Both the position numbers and the translations under genes were made by a program. The notes under the pieces were generated by a model, which saw nothing but the letters and a program-made list of their open reading frames with translations, had not been told where the DNA came from and ran no database searches. A stretch of 49,399 bases of DNA from an uncultured Clostridia bacterium (GTDB lineage Bacteria; Bacillota; Clostridia; Oscillospirales; Ruminococcaceae): assembly GCA_947176675.1 (NCBI GenBank), contig CAMWRN010000001.1, positions 1-49,399 on the forward strand. The letters run 5' to 3'. Each line of letters opens with the position of its first letter. Position 1 is the stretch's first letter. Shown here piece by piece: positions 11,087-20,594 of the stretch.

Positions 11087-11115
11087 TTGACAAGCGGTAA
11101 AGCGGGTGTTATAAT
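11087..11115 (+). promoter_or_regulatory. Sigma-A promoter of the rpsF-ssb-rpsR operon
   Basis: TTGACA (11087-11092), 17 nt, TATAAT (11110-11115). Confidence 0.65.
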
Positions 11116-11174
11116 AATATGGTATCCTCGTCCGCGGAAGGTCGTGGACGTAATCCAAGAGGAGGTGTTTTAAA
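11116..11174 (+). promoter_or_regulatory. Structured rpsF 5' leader (candidate S6:S18 autoregulatory element)
   Basis: Hairpin CGTCC-GCGGAAGGTCGT-GGACG (11129-11150) just upstream of the GAGGAGG SD. Confidence 0.4.
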
Positions 11175-11465
11175 ATGGCTAAAATCAGTGAAGCTTATGA
11201 GACCATGGCGGTTTACAGCCTGAAAAACGGTGAGGACGGCGTTAAGGCTCTTAACGACAAGTTCAAGGCGCTTATCGAGGCTAACGGTACTATGGAATCC
11301 GTTGACGAATGGGGCAAGAGAAAGCTTGCTTACGAGATCGACGATCAGGCAGAGGGCTACTATGTGCTTTACACATTTACAAGCAAGCCCGATTTCCCCG
11401 CTGAGCTCGACCGTGTATTCAAGATCACGGACGGCGTTATGCGTTCGCTTACCACAGTAAGATAA
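11175..11465 (+). CDS. rpsF: 30S ribosomal protein S6
   Basis: 96 aa in rpsF-ssb-rpsR synteny, with typical S6 sequence. Confidence 0.93.
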   Translation: MAKISEAYETMAVYSLKNGEDGVKALNDKFKALIEANGTMESVDEWGKRKLAYEIDDQAEGYYVLYTFTSKPDFPAELDRVFKITDGVMRSLTTVR

Positions 11466-11485
11466 CGCGGAAAGGGTGTCACTTT

Positions 11486-11998
11486 ATGTTGAATAAAGTT
11501 ATTATCATGGGCAGACTTACTGCCGACCCCGAACTCAGACAGACTCCTTCGGGAGTCTCCAGTTGTCAGATCACCGTTGCTGTGGACAGAAATTACACTC
11601 CGCAGGGCGGCGAAAGACAAACGGATTTTATCACCGTTATCGCTTGGCGGCAGACTGCTGAGTTTATTTCCAGATATTTTGCCAAGGGAAGAATGATCAT
11701 TGTTGAGGGCGGTCTCAGAACCAGAACCTATGACGATAAGCGTTATCCCGATGTGCGTCACTATGTTACCGAAGTTCAGGCTGAAAATGTCATGTTCGGT
11801 GAAACAAAGGCTGCGGCGCAGGCTAACGGAAATTACGCTCCCCAGCAGTTTGCTCAGCCACAGTACAGTCAGCCTGCTCCCGCTCAGAGCGCGCCTCAGT
11901 ACGCTCCGCAGCCTTCTCAGCAAAACGCTCCCGCAGTCTCTTTCGGAGATTTGGGCGACTTTGAGGAAGTTATCGGAGACGGCGACTTACCGTTTTAA
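11486..11998 (+). CDS. ssb: Single-stranded DNA-binding protein
   Basis: OB fold MLNKVIIMGRLTADPELR, Q/P-rich linker and acidic tip DGDLPF. Confidence 0.95.
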   Translation: MLNKVIIMGRLTADPELRQTPSGVSSCQITVAVDRNYTPQGGERQTDFITVIAWRQTAEFISRYFAKGRMIIVEGGLRTRTYDDKRYPDVRHYVTEVQAENVMFGETKAAAQANGNYAPQQFAQPQYSQPAPAQSAPQYAPQPSQQNAPAVSFGDLGDFEEVIGDGDLPF

Positions 11999-12054
11999 AC
12001 ACATAATTTTTGTGTGTTTATGCTTAAACCGTGTTTAATTAAGGAGGTTTCACT

Positions 12055-12303
12055 ATGGAAAAGGATAGAGAAAGAGCTCCCCGCGGCGCAAAGAGAACCC
12101 GTAAAAAGGTTTGTATGTTCTGCGCTGACAGGGTTGAGAAAATCGACTATAAGGACGTTGCAAGACTCAAGAAGTGCATGACTGAAAGATCAAAGATTCT
12201 TCCCAGAAGAGTAACAGGTACTTGCGCTTATCATCAGAGAGAGCTTACTTCCGCGATCAAACGTGCAAGATATATTGCGCTTATTCCTTACGTTTCCGAC
12301 TGA
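12055..12303 (+). CDS. rpsR: 30S ribosomal protein S18
   Basis: 82 aa with ...[15 protein letters not shown]... S18 signature. Confidence 0.93.
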   Translation: MEKDRERAPRGAKRTRKKVCMFCADRVEKIDYKDVARLKKCMTERSKILPRRVTGTCAYHQRELTSAIKRARYIALIPYVSD

Positions 12304-12327
12304 TTCGGGATAATATTGAATTCATAT

Positions 12328-12356
12328 AAGAGTCGCATTGCGGCTCTTATTTTTTA
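12328..12356 (+). terminator. Rho-independent terminator after rpsR
   Basis: AAGAGTCGC / GCGGCTCTT stem followed by ATTTTTTATT. Confidence 0.65.
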
Positions 12357-12446
12357 TTAGGGAATTTTTTTAGTTATCGAATTCTTCGTATGTTGTGTTT
12401 GAAATGTTGTTTCCCAAATAAAATTAAAAAATTTTCTCAAAAACCC

Positions 12447-12474
12447 TTGACAAACCCAAAATGCGGTGTATAAT
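12447..12474 (+). promoter_or_regulatory. Sigma-A promoter of the hrcA operon
   Basis: TTGACA (12447-12452), 16 nt, TATAAT (12469-12474). Confidence 0.65.
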
Positions 12475-12478
12475 ATAA

Positions 12479-12505
12479 TTAGCACTCAAAGAAAAAGAGT
12501 GCTAA
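12479..12505. promoter_or_regulatory. CIRCE operator (HrcA binding site)
   Basis: Perfect TTAGCACTC-N9-GAGTGCTAA directly after the -10. An extra AGTGCTAA half-site lies at 12521-12528. Confidence 0.92.
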
Positions 12506-12561
12506 CACATGATCGGGTCAAGTGCTAATATCCGTAACACCCGCCGATTTTTTTCAAGGAA

Positions 12562-13599
12562 GTGATAGTTCTGCTGGATGAAAGAAAACGCCGTATTCTT
12601 GCTGCGGTCGTTGACGCGTATATCCTCACGGGCGAACCGGTCGGTTCAAAGGCGATTGCCGCTCTGCCGGATATCAGGGTCTCCCCCGCTACGATAAGAA
12701 ATGATATGGCAATGCTTGAACAGCTCGGCTACCTTGAACAGCCTCATACCTCGGCGGGACGTATCCCTACCTACAGCGGCTACCGTCTTTACATCGACGA
12801 GCTTATGAGCGAAAAGACCTTGTCTGAGGAAGAAAAGATTCTCCTTGACAACTGTCTGGACGTTGACGTTCCCACGGCGGACGCTCTTATTGAAAGCGCG
12901 TCAAAGGCTCTCGCCGAGCTTACCCACTGTGCTACGGTGGTGAAAAATGTTGCTCCGAAATTTTCAGTCATTACCAAAGTGGAGCTTATTCCTACGGGCA
13001 GACGTATGTACGTGCTGCTGATGGTGACGTCCTCGGGAAACATTAAAAATAAGGTATGCCGACTGGAATTCGATCTTACTAATGAGCAGATCGAGTTTTT
13101 CAGCCGTTATATGGCTGAAAATCTGCAGGGTGTTACCATTGAGGATCTGGACGGAGACACAATAGACCGTCTTGTGTCCGCTATGGGAGCTTACATGGTT
13201 ACTCTTGCTCCCCTTTTGCAGGGTGTGTGTGAACTTGCGGAGGGTTTCAAGGATAACGAAATAAAGCTCCAGGGCGAGAAAAATCTTCTGGCGAGACAGG
13301 ATATAAATTCCGACCAGATCGTGAAATTTTTCGAGAACAAGAACAAAGTTGTGAAAAATATGCTTGACGACAGCTTTGGCGACTTGCAGGTGCTGTTCGG
13401 AGAGGACGGCGGTTTCATTATCGAAAATTCCAGCATGATCGTCTCGAAGATCAAAAAAGACGGCAAAACTGCCGGTTCGCTGGGCGTTATAGGTCCGATG
13501 AGGCTGGATTACGCGAAAATTATTCCGTATATTGAATACCTCACCGACAGGATAACCGACATAATTTCGGACGATAATGAAGATGATGAGAATAATTAA
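12562..13599 (+). CDS. hrcA: Heat-inducible transcription repressor HrcA
   Basis: Winged-helix N-terminus ...RKRRILAAVVDAYILTGEPVGSK... Lies upstream of grpE-dnaK-dnaJ. Start codon uncertain (GTG overlaps the SD). Confidence 0.92.
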   Translation: MIVLLDERKRRILAAVVDAYILTGEPVGSKAIAALPDIRVSPATIRNDMAMLEQLGYLEQPHTSAGRIPTYSGYRLYIDELMSEKTLSEEEKILLDNCLDVDVPTADALIESASKALAELTHCATVVKNVAPKFSVITKVELIPTGRRMYVLLMVTSSGNIKNKVCRLEFDLTNEQIEFFSRYMAENLQGVTIEDLDGDTIDRLVSAMGAYMVTLAPLLQGVCELAEGFKDNEIKLQGEKNLLARQDINSDQIVKFFENKNKVVKNMLDDSFGDLQVLFGEDGGFIIENSSMIVSKIKKDGKTAGSLGVIGPMRLDYAKIIPYIEYLTDRITDIISDDNEDDENN

Positions 13600-13632
13600 A
13601 GCATAAGTACAGAGAAAGGAGCTTCCCGAATA

Positions 13633-14223
13633 ATGATAGGCGAGGAAAAGGACAGCTTGAATACAGAGGATACCCCAAAAGAAACAGAGGTCTCTGAAGC
13701 TGCTGAAGAAACGGCAGAGGGAGAGGATACTTCTGGCGGTAAAATTTCAGAAGCAGATGGAGATACAACAGCTGCTCTTGAAGCTAAGATAAAAGCTTTG
13801 GAGGACGCCGCTGCTGCCGACAAGGACAAATATCTGCGGCTTCTTGCGGAATATGACAATTTCCGCAAGCGTTCTGTAAAGGAACGGCTTGACGCTTCTG
13901 CGGACGCTACTGCAAAGGCTGCGCTGGAAGTAATTTCCGTTATAGATAACTTCGAGCGGGCAATGGCTGCTGAGTGTTCCGATGAGGGCTACAAAAAAGG
14001 TGTTGAAATGATCTACGGACAGTTCACCGCGGTGATAAAAAAGCTGGGAGTTGAAGAAATAGACGCTCTCGGCAAGGAATTTGATCCAAATCTCCACAAT
14101 GCTGTAAGTCAGGTGGAGGACGAGAATTTCGGCGAGAACACTGTGTCTCAGGTTTACCAGAAAGGCTACAAGCTGGGCGACAAGGTAATCAGATGCGCTA
14201 TGGTCGTTGTTGCAAATCCGTAA
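13633..14223 (+). CDS. grpE: Nucleotide exchange factor GrpE
   Basis: Acidic N-terminus, ...YLRLLAEYDNFRKR... motif, operon position. Confidence 0.93.
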   Translation: MIGEEKDSLNTEDTPKETEVSEAAEETAEGEDTSGGKISEADGDTTAALEAKIKALEDAAAADKDKYLRLLAEYDNFRKRSVKERLDASADATAKAALEVISVIDNFERAMAAECSDEGYKKGVEMIYGQFTAVIKKLGVEEIDALGKEFDPNLHNAVSQVEDENFGENTVSQVYQKGYKLGDKVIRCAMVVVANP

Positions 14224-14292
14224 CGGAAAACCTGTTCCCTAAAATAAAAATACATTCCAATTTGATAATTGAAAAAAGAAAGGTTGATTTTT

Positions 14293-16146
14293 ATGGCAAA
14301 AATTATAGGTATCGACTTAGGTACAACAAACTCCTGCGTAGCCGTTGTTGAGGGCGGAAACGCGACCGTTATCACCAACGCCGAGGGCGGCAGAACGACT
14401 CCCTCCGTTGTGGGCTTTACAAAAACAGGCGAGCGTCTTGTAGGTCAGGTTGCCAAGAACCAGGCTGTTACAAATGCCGGAAGAACAGTTGCTTCCATAA
14501 AGAGACATATGGGCAGCGATTACAAAGTTGACATCGATGGCAAGAAGTACACTCCTCAAGAGGTTTCCGCTATGATTCTCCAGAAGCTGAAAGCCGACGC
14601 TGAGGCTTATCTCCACGACACAGTTACCGAAGCGGTAATTACAGTTCCCGCATACTTCACCGACGCTCAGAGACAGGCTACAAAAGACGCGGGACAGATC
14701 GCTGGTCTTACGGTAAGACGTATCATCAATGAACCTACGGCTGCGGCTCTTTCCTACGGTATCGACAAGGAAGAGGATCAGACCATTATGGTTTACGACC
14801 TTGGCGGCGGTACGTTCGATGTTTCCATTATCGAAATGGGAGACGGCGTTACAGAGGTTCTTGCAACAGCTGGTAACAACCGTCTGGGCGGCGATGACTT
14901 TGACCAGCGTATCATCAACTGGATGATCGACGAGTTCAAGAAGTCCGACGGAATTGATCTTTCCGGCGACAAGCTTGCAATGCAGAGACTCAAGGACGAG
15001 GCAGAAAAGGCTAAGATCACACTTTCCGCAACTCCCTCTGCTTCGATCTCTATTCCTTATATTACTGCGGACGCGACAGGTCCTAAGCATCTGAGCATGG
15101 AGCTTTCGCAGGCTAAGTTCAACGAGCTTACAAGCGATCTTGTACAGTCCACAATGGGTCCCGTTAAGCAGGCTCTTTCCGATGCTGGTCTGAATCCCTC
15201 CGATATCAAGAAAGTTCTTATGGTAGGCGGTTCGTCCAGAATTCCTGCTGTTCAGGACGCTGTAAAGAGCTTCATGGGTATGGATCCCTTTAAGGGAATT
15301 AACCCTGACGAGTGTGTTGCTCTCGGCGCGGCATATCAGGGCGGTATCCTTTCCGGCGACGTTGACAAAGAAAACGCTGTACTGCTTCTCGACGTTACTC
15401 CCCTTTCTCTCGGTATTGAGACTGCGGGCGGCGTATGCACAAGAATGATCGAAAGAAACACCACAATTCCTACGAAGAAATCACAGGTGTTCTCCACATA
15501 TGCGGACAATCAGACTGCCGTTGATATCAACGTTCTTCAGGGCGAACGTGAATTTGCCAAGGACAACAAGCAGCTGGGCGTGTTCCGTCTTGACGGTATC
15601 GCTCCCGCTCCCAGAGGCGTACCTCAGATCGAGGTAACGTTCGATATTGATGCAAACGGTATTGTAAATGTTTCCGCAAAGGATTTGGGCACAGGCAAGG
15701 AACAGAAAATCTCTATTACAGCTTCCACAAATATGTCCAAGGACGATATTCAGAAAGCTGTTGACGAGGCTGCAAAATACGCCGATGAAGACAAGAAGCG
15801 CAAGGAAGCCGTTGATGCAAAGAATGCGGGCGAGAACATGGTATTCCAGTGTGAAAAGGCTCTCACCGATTTCGGCGACAAGGTTTCCGAAGAGGAAAAG
15901 GCTAATATTCAGTCCAAGATCGACGCTCTCAAGGCTGCCAATGCAACCGACAATACCGATGATATAAAGGCTAAGACCGAGGAGCTTCAGAAGGCTTTCT
16001 ACGAGGTTTCTCAGAAAGTATATCAGGCTGCCGGAGCACAGGCTCAGCAGGACGGTGCTGCTGACATGGGCGGTGAAGCTTCCGGCAATAATGACGGCGG
16101 CAATGACGGTGCGGACTTTGTTGACGCTGATTTCACAGAGAAGTAA
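14293..16146 (+). CDS. dnaK: Molecular chaperone DnaK (Hsp70)
   Basis: [14 protein letters not shown] at ATG 14293, with Hsp70 signatures throughout. Confidence 0.98.
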   Translation: MAKIIGIDLGTTNSCVAVVEGGNATVITNAEGGRTTPSVVGFTKTGERLVGQVAKNQAVTNAGRTVASIKRHMGSDYKVDIDGKKYTPQEVSAMILQKLKADAEAYLHDTVTEAVITVPAYFTDAQRQATKDAGQIAGLTVRRIINEPTAAALSYGIDKEEDQTIMVYDLGGGTFDVSIIEMGDGVTEVLATAGNNRLGGDDFDQRIINWMIDEFKKSDGIDLSGDKLAMQRLKDEAEKAKITLSATPSASISIPYITADATGPKHLSMELSQAKFNELTSDLVQSTMGPVKQALSDAGLNPSDIKKVLMVGGSSRIPAVQDAVKSFMGMDPFKGINPDECVALGAAYQGGILSGDVDKENAVLLLDVTPLSLGIETAGGVCTRMIERNTTIPTKKSQVFSTYADNQTAVDINVLQGEREFAKDNKQLGVFRLDGIAPAPRGVPQIEVTFDIDANGIVNVSAKDLGTGKEQKISITASTNMSKDDIQKAVDEAAKYADEDKKRKEAVDAKNAGENMVFQCEKALTDFGDKVSEEEKANIQSKIDALKAANATDNTDDIKAKTEELQKAFYEVSQKVYQAAGAQAQQDGAADMGGEASGNNDGGNDGADFVDADFTEK

Positions 16147-16167
16147 GCTTTGCAAATAACGGCATGA

Positions 16168-16186
16168 GGGCGGAATTTTTCCGCCC
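16168..16186 (+). terminator. Stem-loop (partial terminator/attenuator) between dnaK and dnaJ
   Basis: GGGCGGAA-TTT-TTCCGCCC with no strong T-run after it. Confidence 0.35.
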
Positions 16187-16287
16187 GAAAGCTGTTTTAA
16201 GACATATTCACATTGTAAATAAATGCGGGACAGTAACCTGTTCCCTACAATAAATATACATCAAGTCACACGAAAGGAAATGCCCAT

Positions 16288-17439
16288 ATGGCTGATAAAA
16301 GAGATTATTACGAAGTTCTGGGACTTCAGAAAGGGGCTTCAGAGGACGAACTGAAGCAGGCGTTCAGAAAGCTGTCAAGAAAATATCACCCCGACTTCAA
16401 CCCCGATAACAAGGAGGCCGAGGAAAAATTCAAGGAGGTTAACGAGGCTTACGAGGTATTGTCAGATCCCGAAAAGCGTTCCCGCTACGATCAGTTCGGT
16501 CACGCGGGCGTAGACCCATCCTACGGCGGCGGCGGATACGGCGGAGGTTTTTCCGGCGGCTTCGGGGACATGGGCGATATCAGCGATATTTTCTCCAGCT
16601 TTTTCGGAAGCGGCTTCGGAGGCAGCAGAAGCAATCCCAATGCTCCCAGACGCGGTCAGGACATTCAGAAAAGCGTTGTCATCAGCTTCATGGAGGCCTG
16701 CAAAGGCACAAGTACGGATATTCATATTTCCAGAATGGAGAAATGTCCCGATTGTAACGGTTCGGGCGCGGCGGCGGGTTCGTCAGCGGACACCTGTCCC
16801 GACTGTCACGGTACGGGTCAGGTCAAGGTCACCCAGCGTACGCCTTTCGGCATGATATCCTCACAGAAGCCCTGCTCAAAGTGCGGCGGAAAGGGTACTA
16901 TTATAAAAAATCCCTGCTCAAAATGTCACGGCAACGGTCGTGTCAGCGTTGAGAAAACTATCACGATTTCGATTCCCGCTGGTATTGACGACGGTCAGAC
17001 TATCCGCAGCTCGGGTCAGGGTCACGGAGGAATAAACGGCGGTCCTGCCGGTGATCTGCTTACCACGGTTACAGTTCGTCCCGACGCTATCTTTGAGAGG
17101 GACGGGTACGATGTTCACACCGAAATGCCCATAACCTTTGTTCAGGCGGCATTGGGTGCGGAGGTGGAAGTCCCTACTATCGACGGAACGGTTTCCTATA
17201 CCATTCCAGAAGGTACTCAGCCGGGAACGGTTTTCCGCTTCAAGGGCAAGGGCATCAAGAAGCTGAACCGCAGCGACAGAGGCAATCAGTTTGTTCATGT
17301 TACGATTGAAGTCCCGGGCAATCTTACCAAGAAGCAAAAGGATCTGCTCAGGGAATTTGACGGATCTTTGGATGACAGCAAGAACTACAAAAAGCGTAAC
17401 AGCTTTTTTGATAAGATCAAGCAGGCGTTTGAAAAATAA
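16288..17439 (+). CDS. dnaJ: Co-chaperone DnaJ
   Basis: J-domain with HPD, G/F region and four CxxCxGxG zinc motifs. Confidence 0.97.
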   Translation: MADKRDYYEVLGLQKGASEDELKQAFRKLSRKYHPDFNPDNKEAEEKFKEVNEAYEVLSDPEKRSRYDQFGHAGVDPSYGGGGYGGGFSGGFGDMGDISDIFSSFFGSGFGGSRSNPNAPRRGQDIQKSVVISFMEACKGTSTDIHISRMEKCPDCNGSGAAAGSSADTCPDCHGTGQVKVTQRTPFGMISSQKPCSKCGGKGTIIKNPCSKCHGNGRVSVEKTITISIPAGIDDGQTIRSSGQGHGGINGGPAGDLLTTVTVRPDAIFERDGYDVHTEMPITFVQAALGAEVEVPTIDGTVSYTIPEGTQPGTVFRFKGKGIKKLNRSDRGNQFVHVTIEVPGNLTKKQKDLLREFDGSLDDSKNYKKRNSFFDKIKQAFEK

Positions 17440-17674
17440 GCGGGGAACCCCCGCGGGCTGAGTCACCCCCACTGTAAAATATTCTGACTATTTATTTTGG
17501 CAATGCCCCCTCAAGGGGGCGGGATACTCGTACTACAGAATTATACTCCGCTAAATCAAAATTTACAGCTTCTCAAATTTTTTGTAAAATTTTTCTTTCC
17601 GTGAAAAATTCTGCTGTTCTGAGTTGTATTCATTATATAAGGACGTTAGCAAACTTTTGAAAGGATTGATCTTT

Positions 17675-18685
17675 ATGAAAATGAGTAAAATTTTTGCGGC
17701 AGTATCGGCAGCTGTTATGGCTATATCGGTTATCCCTGCGGCTGTGGCATCAGCAAGCGAAAAGGAGTTTGACCCGGAGAGAGACTTGACGGATACCGAT
17801 TATTACGATTACTTTTATGATTACGACTCTCCCGAGCCGTTTACTGGTGTAGGCTTTTTTACTGACGATGGAAAATTTTTCTCCTCGGAATATATGGAAA
17901 TATGGCAAAAGCAAATTTTTGACAAGGATTTCACCATTGAAAGCGGACAGCATCTAAGAATTAAGCCTATCGGAAACAGTCCCGACGAAATGAGCGGCGG
18001 CAGACTTGTCATAAGCGGAGGAGCTACTGCCGAAATTATTGGCAGCGTTTGCGTTGAGCGCGGCGGCGTTCTGGAGATAGAGGACGGCACACTGTTTATC
18101 CACGGTGGAAGTCTTGATAACTACGGTACTGTAAAAATTGGAAAAAATGGCAGGCTTGTTTTCCGAAACGGAAGCATGAATTCTACAGCAGCGGGAAATA
18201 TTGAAAACGAGGGTAATATACTTTGCCTTGATTCCGAAAAAAACATGGACAGCATTTTCAAGTCCATTAAAAAGTATGACAGTAATTTCAATCTTTCCGA
18301 CTACTCCTTCAATATCGTCGGACGCGGCGGAGGAGAGGCAGATATGACACTGAGCTATTGTATTAACGACGTGCAGACGAACTATACCTACAGGTTTACC
18401 GTTGACAGGGACAAGGAGAGAACCAAAATTATCCGCAAGCCTTATGACCTTGAAACTGTCTACAGCAATGATATAGAGAAAAATATTCTTGACCGTGTAT
18501 CGGAGTTTGAAAAATCTTATGGAGGAAAACGCGGTTCCAGCGCTAATTATTACGAGAATTACGGCTACAGCTATAACTACAAAACCGGTAAGCTGGTCTA
18601 TGAGGAATCATGGATAAATTATAAGGACGAGGACGGAGACTTTAGTTTTATAGTCTATGACCATGCTTACGATGAAGAGTTTTAA
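17675..18685 (+). CDS. Secreted hypothetical protein (signal peptide, Gly-rich beta-repeat middle, Tyr/acidic tail)
   Basis: ATG 17675 after AAAGGA. MKMSKIFAAVSAAVMAISVIPAAVASA signal-like N-terminus. I recognise no family. Confidence 0.5.
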   Translation: MKMSKIFAAVSAAVMAISVIPAAVASASEKEFDPERDLTDTDYYDYFYDYDSPEPFTGVGFFTDDGKFFSSEYMEIWQKQIFDKDFTIESGQHLRIKPIGNSPDEMSGGRLVISGGATAEIIGSVCVERGGVLEIEDGTLFIHGGSLDNYGTVKIGKNGRLVFRNGSMNSTAAGNIENEGNILCLDSEKNMDSIFKSIKKYDSNFNLSDYSFNIVGRGGGEADMTLSYCINDVQTNYTYRFTVDRDKERTKIIRKPYDLETVYSNDIEKNILDRVSEFEKSYGGKRGSSANYYENYGYSYNYKTGKLVYEESWINYKDEDGDFSFIVYDHAYDEEF

Positions 18686-18686
18686 T

Positions 18687-18702
18687 TGTTCCATGTGGAA
18701 CA
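18687..18702. promoter_or_regulatory. parS site (TGTTCCATGTGGAACA)
   Basis: One mismatch to the palindrome TGTTCCACGTGGAACA seen elsewhere in this window, which itself fits Firmicute parS TGTTNCACGTGAAACA with 1 mismatch. Confidence 0.7.
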
Positions 18703-18713
18703 ATTTGCATAAT

Positions 18714-18745
18714 AAAAACGGACGGGATGAAACCGTCCGTTTTTA
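18714..18745. terminator. Bidirectional terminator between the secreted protein gene and the ParB paralogue
   Basis: ACGGACGG-N7-CCGTCCGT flanked by an A-run and a T-run. Confidence 0.75.
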
Positions 18746-19540
18746 TTATTTTGTTGGGATTCTGACGATATATTCAATATAGTCGTCGTCCTGAATTTTT
18801 TTTGAATCAGCGTTTATCCCAGCTGCTTTCATCATTTCGATAGCTTTATTTATGGTGTTGACGAACAACCGCACGTCCTTGAATGCTGCGCTCCGTCGCT
18901 TCATGTCGGCAAAATTCCGCTCCTTTTCAATAAGACCGTCTATGTACCGCTCGGTGTTCTCCACATTCAGCCGTCTTTCGTGAATGACCTCAATAGCGGC
19001 AAGCTGCTTTTGAGTATCTTCCAGCTTCAAAAGGGCGCGGGCATGACGTTCGGTAAGACCATACTCAGCGGCTTTTCCCTGAACGGACTTGTCCAGTTTA
19101 AGAAGTCTGAGTTTGTTCGCTATAGATGATTGAGATTTTCCAAGCTTTACAGCAGCGTCTTCCTGTGTCATTCCGTAAAAATCTATCAGCCTTGCGATAG
19201 CCTCTGCTTCGTCAAATACTGATAGGTCGCGCCGCTGGATATTTTCTATCAGAGCCATGACCGCAGAATTCCGCTCTGTCATTGTTACTGTAATGCATGG
19301 GACAAATTCCATTCCCAACAGCTTAGCCGCCCTCAGCCGCCGCTCCCCTGCCACAAGCTGAAAACGTTCCTCTACCCTGCGGACGGTCAGCGGCTGTAAA
19401 ATTCCGTTTTGACTGATGCTTTGTGCCAGCCTGTCAATATCGTCAAATTCACGTCTTGGTTGGTATGGATTGGGGTCGATTTTTATCGTTTCCACCTGAA
19501 TGACCTTGTTCAAAACTTTTTCTTTAACAAGAAACGGCAT
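18746..19540 (-). CDS. ParB/Spo0J-family paralogue (Noc-like)
   Basis: ParB N-terminal domain with GERRLRAA, plus an HTH region. ATG 19540 is 8 nt after AGGAAG. Has its own TGgTATAAT promoter. Confidence 0.85.
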   Translation of the reverse strand: MPFLVKEKVLNKVIQVETIKIDPNPYQPRREFDDIDRLAQSISQNGILQPLTVRRVEERFQLVAGERRLRAAKLLGMEFVPCITVTMTERNSAVMALIENIQRRDLSVFDEAEAIARLIDFYGMTQEDAAVKLGKSQSSIANKLRLLKLDKSVQGKAAEYGLTERHARALLKLEDTQKQLAAIEVIHERRLNVENTERYIDGLIEKERNFADMKRRSAAFKDVRLFVNTINKAIEMMKAAGINADSKKIQDDDYIEYIVRIPTK

Positions 19541-19631
19541 AAAACGCACTTCCTTTATTTTTTATCAGCGTTATTATACCATGCTTTTTTTCGGGAAAAT
19601 GTCGAAAATAAAACTCGTAAATCATTTTATT

Positions 19632-19670
19632 AAAAAATTTCGCCAATCCCTAAAGACGACGAAATTTTTT
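19632..19670 (-). terminator. Terminator after parB
   Basis: AAATTTCG / CGAAATTT arms with a flanking T-run on the minus strand. Confidence 0.4.
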
Positions 19671-19682
19671 GCATTCATATTT

Positions 19683-20549
19683 TTAATAACATGTCAGTCT
19701 GTCCGCAAGATCGGTAAGGTCATCCTTGCTGTAAAAATCAATGGTAAGTGTGCCCTTTTCGCCGTCCTTGGAGGTAATCTTCACCTTTTTCTGCAAATGA
19801 TCTTCAAGACTGATCTGCATTTCGGTGACATAACTGATACTCGATCTTTCCTCCGCAGTTTTCGGTGTGGACGGTTTTTCTTCCGCATCTTTTTTATCCG
19901 ACTTTTCTGCGGCAAGCTTCTCTATACCTCTGACGGTAATTTTTCCATCTGCCGCAAGTTTTGCAATCTCAAGCATATCCTCCTCGGAGTCCGCTGAAGC
20001 AATAGCCTTTGCCTGTCCTGCTGAAAGCTTGCCCTTTTTCAGCATTTCAACAATTTCATCGGGAAGATTAAGAAGTCTTACCGAGTTTGCAATAGCAGAA
20101 CGTGATTTTCCCACCGCCTTTGAAAGCGCCTCTTGGGTCATACCGTACTCGTCCATAAGTGCCCGATATGCAGCTGCTTCTTCAACGGGATTCAGATCCT
20201 GCCGCTGAATGTTTTCGATAAGCGCGATTTGGGCAGTCTCCTCGTCGCTGAACTCCTTTATAACGACGGGGACGTCGCTCATGCCCAGCATTCTGCACGC
20301 TCTCCAGCGGCGTTCACCCGCTACTATCTGATAGCCCTCTTCCATAGGACGGACAACTATCGGCTGGATAAGCCCGTGTTGACGGATACTGTCCGCAAGC
20401 TCCGCGATGGCAGCTTCGTCAAAATACTGTCTGGGCTGTTTGCGGTTAGGTTCTATCTCTGAAATTCTCAATGTATGGGTGTCGCCGCCCTCCGCGCCGT
20501 TGTCGCCGAAAAGCGCGTCAAGACCCATTCCCAAACTTTTTTTAGCCAT
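19683..20549 (-). CDS. parB: Chromosome partitioning protein ParB (Spo0J)
   Basis: MAKKSLGMGLDALF..., GERRWRA CTP-binding motif, HTH. Lies directly downstream of parA. Confidence 0.93.
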   Translation of the reverse strand: MAKKSLGMGLDALFGDNGAEGGDTHTLRISEIEPNRKQPRQYFDEAAIAELADSIRQHGLIQPIVVRPMEEGYQIVAGERRWRACRMLGMSDVPVVIKEFSDEETAQIALIENIQRQDLNPVEEAAAYRALMDEYGMTQEALSKAVGKSRSAIANSVRLLNLPDEIVEMLKKGKLSAGQAKAIASADSEEDMLEIAKLAADGKITVRGIEKLAAEKSDKKDAEEKPSTPKTAEERSSISYVTEMQISLEDHLQKKVKITSKDGEKGTLTIDFYSKDDLTDLADRLTCY

Positions 20550-20559
20550 TTATTTCGAT

Positions 20560-20575
20560 TGTTCCACGTGGAACA
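20560..20575. promoter_or_regulatory. parS site (TGTTCCACGTGGAACA, perfect palindrome)
   Basis: Lies in the 45-bp parA-parB spacer. Confidence 0.85.
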
Positions 20576-20594
20576 ATTCGCCCTCCCTCCGTTA

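Noticed and set aside
10487-11158. 223-aa minus-strand ORF
   Set aside because: It is antisense to the DinB-like gene and crosses both the gyrA terminator and the rpsF promoter. It has no SD.
14210-14245. Sigma-A promoter reading of the dnaK-upstream motif (TTGCAA ... TAAAAT)
   Set aside because: The spacer would be 24 nt, too long for a standard sigma-A promoter. The motif is kept as an unexplained conserved element instead.
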